Assembly (NCBI GenBank): GCA_964655125.1
Contig: CAZZLT010000018.1
Location: 4,126-28,125 of the forward strand
DNA: 24,000 nt
Source: an uncultured Desulfurococcaceae archaeon
GTDB taxonomy: Archaea; Thermoproteota; Thermoprotei_A; Sulfolobales; NBVN01
Reading direction: 5' to 3'
Below, one piece after another: positions 15,129 to 24,000 of the stretch. A model generated the notes under the pieces. The model saw only the letters and a program-made list of their open reading frames with translations, was not told where the DNA came from and made no database searches. How positions within the stretch are numbered: position 1 is the stretch's first letter; every line of letters begins with the position of its first letter. A program made the translations under genes and the position numbers.

Positions 15129-16955
15129 ATGAGTATTGAGAAGAGGTTAAGACAACCAATAGTAGTGGTCTTAGGACATGTAGATCATGGTAAGACATCA
15201 TTACTAGATAAGATTAGAGGGACAGCAGTAATTAAGAAAGAACCTGGTGAGATGACTCAACATATAGGTGCTAGTTTAGTCCCTGCATCAGCTATTAACG
15301 AATTAACAAAACCGTTGAGGTCTTTATTCAATATACAGCTTAAGATACCTGGACTACTCTTCATAGATACTCCAGGTCATGAAGCATTTAGTAATTTAAG
15401 GAAGAGGGGAGGGAGTATTGCGGATTTCGCAATTCTGGTTATAGATGTAAATGAAGGTGTTAAGAAGCAAACTATTGAGAGTATTGAGATATTAAGAAGT
15501 AGGAGGGTACCCTTCCTAGTAGCTGCGAATAAGATTGATAAGGTACCTGGGTGGAAAGCTAATGAGTGGGAACCGTATTTAGTAACTATTAAGAAGCAGT
15601 CACGGAATGTTGTTGAGGAATTAGATAAGAGGATATATAGGCTTATAGGTGAGTTAAGTAGTTTAGGATTTAATGCTGAGAGATTTGATAGAGTTAAAGA
15701 CTTTACTAAAACTCTAGCTATAGTTCCTGTATCTGCTAAGACTGGTGAAGGTATTGCTGAGTTATTAGCAGTACTAGCTGGACTTACTCAGAGGTACTTA
15801 ACTCAGCAGTTAATGTTTACTGAAGGCCCTGCAAGCGGTGTAGTTCTAGAGGTTAAGGAGGTAGTAGGTCTAGGTACATGTATAGATACTATAATTTACA
15901 ACGGTATATTGAGGAGAGGGGATTTAATAGTTGTTGGTGGTTTGAATAAGCCTATAGTAACTAAGGTAAGGGCTCTACTAATGCCTAGACCTTTAGATGA
16001 GATGAGAGCACCTGAGGGTTCGTTCATGAGTGTTGATGAGGTTGTAGCTGCAAGTGGTGTTAGGATTAGTGCACCAGATCTTGATGAGGTTATTGCTGGA
16101 GCACCGATGTATGTAATACCTAGTGAATTCTTGATTAACGACTATGTAAAGAAAGTTTCTGAGGAGGTATCCTTAGTTAGATTTAAGAAAGATATTGAAG
16201 GCTTAGTTATTAAAGCAGATGCTTTAGGGACTTTAGAAGCTATAGTTAATACTTTAGAGAGTAAGGGTGTACCGGTTAGGGTAGCTGATGTGGGGCCTCT
16301 AACTAAGAGGGATGTTATAGAGGCATCCATCGTAGCTAGGAAGAATAAGTACTTAGGAGTGATACTTCTGTTTAATGTAAAGCCATTACCAGATGCTGAG
16401 GAGTTAGCGTTAAAGGAGGGAATTAAGATATTAAGTGATAATTTAATATATAGGCTCATAGAATCTTATGAGAAATGGGTTAATGCGTTAAGGGAGGAGG
16501 AACGTAAACGTGAGTTATTAAGAACTGTATTTCCAGCTAAGATTAAAGTCTTACCTGGATGTGTATTTAGGAGGAGTGACCCAGCAATTGTTGGGGTTGA
16601 GGTTTTAGAGGGTGTTATTAGGCCTGGCTACCCACTCATGAGAGATGATGGGAGGGAGTTAGGTGTGATTATGCAGGTACAGGATAAGGGTAAGAACGTA
16701 CTGGAGGCGAAGAAAGGTTCTAGTGTAGCGATATCTATAAGAGGTAATGTAATGGTTGGGAGGCATTTTGATGAAAACGATATACTCTATACAAACCCTA
16801 CTGAGGAAGACTTAAGAACAGTCATTACAAAGTTTAAAGATTACTTAGATGAGGGAGTTATAAACACTATTAAAGAGATTATAGAGATTAAGCAGAGGAG
16901 TCAACAACTATACGGTCTCTCAATTATACATCTATTAAAAGACCTAAAGAGTTAG
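15129..16955 (+). CDS. infB: Translation initiation factor aIF5B (IF2-type GTPase)
   Basis: VVVLGHVDHGKTSLLD (G1), DTPGHEAF (G3) and NKID (G4). The 608-aa length and domain order are typical for aIF5B. No intein. Confidence 0.95.
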   Translation: MSIEKRLRQPIVVVLGHVDHGKTSLLDKIRGTAVIKKEPGEMTQHIGASLVPASAINELTKPLRSLFNIQLKIPGLLFIDTPGHEAFSNLRKRGGSIADFAILVIDVNEGVKKQTIESIEILRSRRVPFLVAANKIDKVPGWKANEWEPYLVTIKKQSRNVVEELDKRIYRLIGELSSLGFNAERFDRVKDFTKTLAIVPVSAKTGEGIAELLAVLAGLTQRYLTQQLMFTEGPASGVVLEVKEVVGLGTCIDTIIYNGILRRGDLIVVGGLNKPIVTKVRALLMPRPLDEMRAPEGSFMSVDEVVAASGVRISAPDLDEVIAGAPMYVIPSEFLINDYVKKVSEEVSLVRFKKDIEGLVIKADALGTLEAIVNTLESKGVPVRVADVGPLTKRDVIEASIVARKNKYLGVILLFNVKPLPDAEELALKEGIKILSDNLIYRLIESYEKWVNALREEERKRELLRTVFPAKIKVLPGCVFRRSDPAIVGVEVLEGVIRPGYPLMRDDGRELGVIMQVQDKGKNVLEAKKGSSVAISIRGNVMVGRHFDENDILYTNPTEEDLRTVITKFKDYLDEGVINTIKEIIEIKQRSQQLYGLSIIHLLKDLKS

Positions 16956-17157
16956 GAAGGATTAATACTTCAGACTTATCCCTCATCTACTTACTTAATC
17001 TATTTAAACATACTTAATACAGTGTTGTGGTTTGTTTAGAATTGATTATGTCTTAACTTTTGCTTATCTCTAGAGTTTTCAGTTGATTAAGTATTACGAG
17101 TTAATATTCTTTAATGAGTTGTTCATGGTTTAAGCTAGTAACTATAAAGTAGTGATG

Positions 17158-17418
17158 TTATCTACGTGCTATTAATTTCCTAGCTTCTCTCTCAGTTTCT
17201 CTAAGTATGACTATATCACCGATTCTTACAGGTCCTTTTACATTTCTAGTGATTATCCTACCCTTATCCCTACCTTCAAGGACTCTAACACGGACTTGAG
17301 TTATCTCACCAGTAACTCCAGTACGTCCTATTATCTGTATAACCTCAGCTGGGAAACCGAATTCCTCAACTACGTTAACTTCAGGTTGGTTAACCACTAT
17401 CTTCTTCTCCTCACTCAT
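17158..17418 (-). CDS. rps28e: 30S ribosomal protein S28e (eS28)
   Basis: [59 protein letters not shown] is a clear eS28 signature. Confidence 0.93.
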   Translation of the reverse strand: MSEEKKIVVNQPEVNVVEEFGFPAEVIQIIGRTGVTGEITQVRVRVLEGRDKGRIITRNVKGPVRIGDIVILRETEREARKLIARR

Positions 17419-17589
17419 ACCTAACCCTAATCACTGATAGTGTTAAGTGTTATAAATTATTTTGATTTCTTACGATTATCAAGTTTCTTACTAGTTAAGT
17501 AAGTATGTTATGTGTTGTTGAGATGATTACATAACTTTATATATCACTTGTATTACTTAATTATAGTTACTGATGTGGAGGTGTTTGAA

Positions 17590-17772
17590 ATGCCTGCAGT
17601 AGCTAAATGTTCGTTTTGTGGGAGTGATATAGAGGTAGGTAGTGGTTTAATGTATGTAAGAAATGATGGGAGTATCTTATGGTTTTGCTCAAGTAAGTGT
17701 TTAAAGAATTTTAAGTTAGGTAGGGATCCTAGGAAGTTACCTTGGACTTCAAGATATATATCCTCAAGGTAG
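17590..17772 (+). CDS. rpl24e: 50S ribosomal protein L24e (eL24)
   Basis: MPAVAKCSFCGSDIEVGSGLMYVRNDGSILWFCSSKCLKNFKLGRDPRKLPWT is an eL24 zinc-ribbon. ATG 17590 is in frame with the longer track ORF start at 17548. Confidence 0.92.
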   Translation: MPAVAKCSFCGSDIEVGSGLMYVRNDGSILWFCSSKCLKNFKLGRDPRKLPWTSRYISSR

Positions 17773-17794
17773 TTGTAAGTTATGTTTAGATTAG

Positions 17795-18223
17795 GTGGTG
17801 GGTTTGGAAAAGACAGTAATAATAATAAAACCTGATGGGGTCCGTAGAGGTTTAGTTGGTGAGATCTTATCAAGGTTTGAGAAGAAGGGGTTTAAGATTA
17901 GAGCTCTTAAGATGATTAAGTTAAGTAGGGAGCAGGCTGAGAGGTTATACGATATACACTTCGGTAAGAGTTTCTTTAACGACTTAGTAGATTATATGAC
18001 TTCAGGACCTGTTGTTGCTGTAATTCTTGAAGGGGATAATGCAGTTAATGCTGTGAGGTTAATGATAGGTCCTACAGATGGTAGTAAAGCACCTCCTGGG
18101 ACTATAAGAGGTGATTACTCATTATCGATTAGAGAGAACATCATACATGCAGCAGATAGTATTGAGAGAGTTGAACATGAAGTTAACGTTATCTTTAAGC
18201 CTGATGAAATATATCGTGATTAA
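17795..18223 (+). CDS. ndk: Nucleoside diphosphate kinase
   Basis: [48 protein letters not shown] and NIIHAADS (catalytic His) identify it. Confidence 0.93.
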   Translation: MVGLEKTVIIIKPDGVRRGLVGEILSRFEKKGFKIRALKMIKLSREQAERLYDIHFGKSFFNDLVDYMTSGPVVAVILEGDNAVNAVRLMIGPTDGSKAPPGTIRGDYSLSIRENIIHAADSIERVEHEVNVIFKPDEIYRD

Positions 18224-18228
18224 GGAAA

Positions 18229-18249
18229 AATTAAAGAAAAACTTTAATT
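18229..18249. terminator. AT-rich hairpin and T-tracts between convergent ndk and rpl7ae
   Basis: aattaaag-aaaaa-ctttaatt forms an 8-bp stem. The minus strand reads ..aagtttttctttaatttttcc, giving T-runs immediately downstream of the rpl7ae stop. Confidence 0.3.
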
Positions 18250-18258
18250 AAGTGTTGT

Positions 18259-18654
18259 TTAGCTCTTAGTAGGTGTACTCTTACTCTTTAACTCATTATA
18301 CGCTCTGATTAACTCATCAACTAATTCTTTAACACCACCTGGTTCTATAATAGCTACACTAGCAGCAGCTACTTCAATACCAGCACTCTCACCTAACCTC
18401 TTCTTACTAGGTACGTATAGGTAAGGTACTTTCTTCTCCTCACATAGTAACGGTAAATGCATAACTACCTCTGGAGGGTCTACATCCTCTGCTATAAGTA
18501 CTAACTTAGCTAAACCCCTCTCAACAGCTTTTGTAGTTTCATTAGTACCCTTCTTAATCTTACCGTTACTTTCTCTAACTTTCTTCACGGCTTCATAAGC
18601 TTTCTCCGCTATCTCCGGAGGTACTACGAATCTAACATAGCTTGGTTTACTCAT
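18259..18654 (-). CDS. rpl7ae: 50S ribosomal protein L7Ae (kink-turn binding)
   Basis: [60 protein letters not shown] is a canonical L7Ae core. I prefer the start at MSKPSYV (18654) over the track start at 18678. Confidence 0.93.
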   Translation of the reverse strand: MSKPSYVRFVVPPEIAEKAYEAVKKVRESNGKIKKGTNETTKAVERGLAKLVLIAEDVDPPEVVMHLPLLCEEKKVPYLYVPSKKRLGESAGIEVAAASVAIIEPGGVKELVDELIRAYNELKSKSTPTKS

Positions 18655-18800
18655 CCTCATCTCACCTATCGTCATCAAATACCTATACCTACCTCCTTAA
18701 AAACTTATCTCATAATGTATATCACAGAAGTTATGGTGGGTTATTAGTTAGTAGTGTTTATTAAGGATATTGGTAGAACTTTAAGGACAGTAACTCTTGT

Positions 18801-19175
18801 TTAAGGTATTTCATCCTGTAGCTTCCTGAATGGGCAGTCATTCCAGTAGTTGATACATAAGGGTACCTCATAAATGTTTAAGTATCTTTTAAGGACTTCA
18901 CATGCAGCTAAGTAACTACCGCTTTCGTGATTTAATAGTCTGAAGTACTTACAATCAGATTTCATAGGTTTATTTAATCCGTGGATCATGAGTATCGGTC
19001 TACCATACTCTCTACCACTCTTTGCCTCAGGTATTATTGACGTATCTACATCTCTAAAGAATTTACATGTAGTGTATCCTTGACCTAAACATCTACTTGG
19101 TAGTGTGACATCACTTGATGGTTTATCTAGTGCAGGTGATGTACATAAACCACTCTTATACCACATACAAGGCAA
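18801..19175 (-). CDS. Cysteine-rich protein of unknown function (two 4-Cys modules)
   Basis: 124 aa with Cys at 3, 11, 29, 37 and at 75, 92, 107, 114. Both halves start with a C-x-[YW]-[FY] motif and end with C-[KP]-F-[FR]. A TATA-like ctataaat lies about 20-25 nt upstream on its strand, which suggests a leaderless transcript. Confidence 0.6.
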   Translation of the reverse strand: MPCMWYKSGLCTSPALDKPSSDVTLPSRCLGQGYTTCKFFRDVDTSIIPEAKSGREYGRPILMIHGLNKPMKSDCKYFRLLNHESGSYLAACEVLKRYLNIYEVPLCINYWNDCPFRKLQDEIP

Positions 19176-19183
19176 TTAATATT

Positions 19184-19201
19184 CCTATAAGGATTTATAG
19201 G
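19184..19201. promoter_or_regulatory. Palindrome cctataa-ggat-ttatagg in the divergent intergenic region (candidate operator overlapping both TATA boxes)
   Basis: A perfect 7-bp inverted repeat with a 4-nt spacer, read directly from the sequence. It lies between the start at 19175 (minus) and the start at 19250 (plus). Confidence 0.4.
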
Positions 19202-19249
19202 GTTAAAGTTAATAAATCTATCAGTACTAAGTGAATAGGAGGGCTGAGT

Positions 19250-19534
19250 ATGGGTTTAAATCAGGGAGGGTATGAGGATCCTTCACGGAGGTTGAAGCTT
19301 AAGGTAGTTTACGAAGACCCTGATGTATTAGTAGTTACTGCTCCTAACGAGGATGAATTAATTAAGATTATATTAGATTTACTTAGGAATAAGCCTATGA
19401 ATGTTAAGGAATTACATTCGATACTGTCTGGATTAGCTAGTGAGGATAAGATTAGGAGGGCTTTAACACGTTTAGTAAATGAGGGTGTAGTCTACACACA
19501 ACCTGATGGTAGGTTCATCGTTGCTGGGATCTAA
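19250..19534 (+). CDS. Small winged-helix-type DNA-binding protein (putative transcriptional regulator)
   Basis: 94 aa. LIKIILDLLRNKPMNVKELHSILSGLASEDKIRRALTRLVNEGVVYTQPDGRFIV has a helix-turn-helix plus beta-wing pattern. A GGAGGG Shine-Dalgarno-like motif lies upstream. Confidence 0.6.
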   Translation: MGLNQGGYEDPSRRLKLKVVYEDPDVLVVTAPNEDELIKIILDLLRNKPMNVKELHSILSGLASEDKIRRALTRLVNEGVVYTQPDGRFIVAGI

Positions 19535-19607
19535 AATCCAACTACTTCGTAGTTAGATAAACTTATAAGTAATGACTCAGTAAACATCTACTAGAGGTGA
19601 GTACGTC

Positions 19608-19928
19608 ATGTCAAGGGTTACTGAGGATGAGCTAAAGAAAGCACTTTCTACAACAGTTATTGAGAAGAAAGATGCTAAGAAGCGTTGGGTTGAGAGGATG
19701 TTGAAGAGTGCTAAGTCTTACCATAAGATATGTCCTTACTTTGATAAGAGGTTAGGTAATTGCTTCTTAAGACAGTTAAGTGAGAAGAAAGGAAGGTGTG
19801 AGAGGGAGGGTAAGTTTGACGGGTGTCCGGTGTTTATGGGCTTTCTTGAGGGTACCTACGATAAACTAGTGAGTGAGGGTAAGAACTTACCCATAGATTT
19901 TATGGACTTATCATTACATATTTACTGA
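19608..19928 (+). CDS. Cysteine-rich protein of unknown function (one 4-Cys module)
   Basis: 106 aa. CPYFDKRLGNCFLRQLSEKKGRCEREGKFDGCPVFMGFL has the same module shape as the two halves of ORF 18801..19175. A GAGGTGA Shine-Dalgarno-like motif lies upstream. Confidence 0.6.
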   Translation: MSRVTEDELKKALSTTVIEKKDAKKRWVERMLKSAKSYHKICPYFDKRLGNCFLRQLSEKKGRCEREGKFDGCPVFMGFLEGTYDKLVSEGKNLPIDFMDLSLHIY

Positions 19929-19946
19929 TTATGATTTAATGAGGGA

Positions 19947-21896
19947 TTGAATATATTGGTAGTTGATGACCCATTCTCTTACGTAGTTAATTCACTAACT
20001 TCTCTAGTGTATAGTAGGATTAAGGATGTTTGCGTAGGTATACAGCCGAGTAACTTAGTAGTATTTGTAGAGGAGCCTAGTAGGAGGGAGTTCGGCGACC
20101 TCTCCATACCCCTCTATAGATTATCTAGAGTATGTGGTGTTGGGGTGGATGACCTTTCAGACACTCTTAAAGACCTATCACTTAACAACATATTTTCGAA
20201 TGTAGAGATAGTTAAGGGTTATTTAAATGTTTTTATTAATGAGGTTAACTACGCTAGAATACTAGCTGATACTGTAAGGATTAAGGGGCAGGATTACGGC
20301 TTCGTAAAAGATTATAAGAGGTTAAACATTGTTGTAGAGTTTGTCAGTGCTAATCCAGTACACCCACTACATATAGGGTCTGGAAGGAATGCAGTCTTAG
20401 GGGAGTTCCTCTCAAGGATTTTTGAGGTTAGAGGTCATAGAGTTCAGAGGAGGTACTACGTAAACGACCTTGGGAGGCAGGTAGCTACCCTAGTTTACGG
20501 TTATTTAAAGTTAGGGAGGCCTGAGGTACCGCAGGGCTTAAGACCTGATGAATGGTTTGGGTTCATATACGCAGTTACGAATACTGTAGTAGATATCATT
20601 AAGGTTAGAAACGATATTAAGAGTTTAGGTGGTGTTAGTGAGGATTTAGTTAGTAAGCGTCGAGAGTTAGATGAGTTAATGTCTACGCTTGCAGAGCTTA
20701 GGTCTAGGGATGAGGTCTTAGTTGATAAACTCTTGAATGAGATATCTAAGGATGAAGATCCGGATAAAGTGATTGAGGACTTAATGAGACGTTATGAGGT
20801 AGGTGATAAGGATGTAGTTGATGTTTTCAGATATGTTGTGAGGGAGGTCTTAACAGGTATTGACTACACATTACGTAGACTCGGTATTAGATTCGATGTA
20901 TGGGATTTAGAGAGCGATCTAGTTTTCTCAGGTTTGGTGAGGGAGGTATTAGACCTAGCTAGGAAGTCTAATTACTTCACATTACATAAGGGTGTACCTG
21001 CGTTAGACTTTAAAGAACTACAATCTGATGACCTATTAAGACAAATTCTTAAACTACCTAAAGCTACTGAGATCCCACCGTTAATCTTGATGAGGAGTGA
21101 CGGTACTACCCTATACGTTACTAGGGATATTGCCTACAGTATCCGTAAGTTTAAGGACTTCAACGCTGATTTAGTGATAAATGTTATCGGTAATGAACAG
21201 ACATTAGCTCAAGCACAGTTAAGGTTAGCTCTATATGCTTTAGGTTTTAGGGATGAAGCTAGTAAACTCCTTCACTACTCATACGAATTAGTTACATTAC
21301 CAGGTATTAAGATGAGTGGTAGGAGGGGGAGGTACGTAAGCGTAGATCAAGTTTTAGATCATTTAGGGTTTAGGGTTGAGGAGGTTATGAAGTCTCGAGG
21401 AATTAGTGTAGATGATTATGTTAAGGAGGTTATGGCTGTTGGTGCGTTTAAGTATATGATGCTTTCCTCCTCACCTACGAAGGTGATTAACTTCAACTTT
21501 GAAGCTGCTCTAGACTTAAGTAGGAACTCAGCACCGTATCTTCAGTATACCTATGCTAGAACTTGTGGGGTATTGAGGAAGTATGGTAGGGGGATAGAGT
21601 GGGATTTAATAGATTTTACATCAGCTAACGACCCTACACGTAGGGAGTTACTTTTACAGCTTAGTAAGTTTGCGTATGTGATGAGTAAGACCTTCAGGGA
21701 TTTAGACCCTGAGATACTTGTTACATACTTAAATAAGTTAGCAGATATATTTAATGCTTGGTATGATTCCCAACCAATACTTCATGAAGTAGATGAAGGT
21801 GTTAAACAGTTTAAGTTATTCCTTACATACGTAACTAATATCGTAATTAAAAACGGATTATACGTTATGGGTATTGACGTTCTAGAAAGGATTTAA
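19947..21896 (+). CDS. argS: Arginyl-tRNA synthetase
   Basis: VEFVSANPVHPLHIGSGRNAVLG is the HIGH motif. YYVNDLGRQV, the MSGRRG KMSKS-equivalent and the C-terminal anticodon-binding DALR-type region (APYLQYTYAR) are also present. TTG start. Confidence 0.93.
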   Translation: MNILVVDDPFSYVVNSLTSLVYSRIKDVCVGIQPSNLVVFVEEPSRREFGDLSIPLYRLSRVCGVGVDDLSDTLKDLSLNNIFSNVEIVKGYLNVFINEVNYARILADTVRIKGQDYGFVKDYKRLNIVVEFVSANPVHPLHIGSGRNAVLGEFLSRIFEVRGHRVQRRYYVNDLGRQVATLVYGYLKLGRPEVPQGLRPDEWFGFIYAVTNTVVDIIKVRNDIKSLGGVSEDLVSKRRELDELMSTLAELRSRDEVLVDKLLNEISKDEDPDKVIEDLMRRYEVGDKDVVDVFRYVVREVLTGIDYTLRRLGIRFDVWDLESDLVFSGLVREVLDLARKSNYFTLHKGVPALDFKELQSDDLLRQILKLPKATEIPPLILMRSDGTTLYVTRDIAYSIRKFKDFNADLVINVIGNEQTLAQAQLRLALYALGFRDEASKLLHYSYELVTLPGIKMSGRRGRYVSVDQVLDHLGFRVEEVMKSRGISVDDYVKEVMAVGAFKYMMLSSSPTKVINFNFEAALDLSRNSAPYLQYTYARTCGVLRKYGRGIEWDLIDFTSANDPTRRELLLQLSKFAYVMSKTFRDLDPEILVTYLNKLADIFNAWYDSQPILHEVDEGVKQFKLFLTYVTNIVIKNGLYVMGIDVLERI

Positions 21897-21975
21897 ATAT
21901 TTTGTCATTGTAGACTACTTCAGCTAAACATTAACTTAAGTTTAAGATGTGAAGTAATTCCTATGATATTAGTGA

Positions 21976-24000
<2,025 letters not shown>

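Noticed and set aside
17515-17575. Possible C/D box sRNA (agatgatt ... ctga) in the rps28e-rpl24e spacer
   Set aside because: The C box is imperfect (UGAUUA). No C'/D' pair or terminal stem is evident. The segment contains the rpl24e TATA box (ctttatatat), which explains its conservation-like appearance.

Overview
Core chromosomal region of an AT-rich archaeon. I hand-counted about 35% GC on typical lines. The gene content looks crenarchaeal (Sulfolobales/Desulfurococcales-like): eS/eL ribosomal proteins, an RpoD with a two-cluster Cys domain, aIF5B, aRF1, and a GGPP synthase with a DDxxG second Asp-rich motif.

Positions 2.5-13.6 kb form one tightly packed plus-strand array, often with overlapping stop/start codons. 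It runs uS13-uS4-uS11-RpoD-eL18-uL13-uS9-RpoN-uS2, then a MEMO-family protein, a degenerate GHMP-kinase-like protein, isopentenyl phosphate kinase, type-2 IPP isomerase and GGPP synthase, then a small hybrid-barrel protein and GluRS. Next come aRF1, aIF5B, eS28, eL24, NDK, L7Ae, a three-gene cluster of unknown function (two Cys-rich proteins around a winged-helix protein), ArgRS, and the first roughly 660 codons of a CDC48/VCP AAA+ ATPase.

The unusual part is the left 2.5 kb. It holds a DUF438/hemerythrin sensor gene split across two frames and a DHH phosphoesterase gene with an in-frame TAG and an apparent missing C-terminus. It also holds a roughly 0.8 kb GC-rich island (about 52-58% GC on hand-counted lines) with foreign codon usage and its own decayed gene. 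The island ends at an orphan 3' half of a class II (Ser-like) tRNA directly upstream of the uS13 operon. I read this as either an integration scar or a split-tRNA locus.

I saw no CRISPR array, rRNA, IS element or recognisable integrase. All calls come from reading the sequence and the ORF track by eye; no searches were run.
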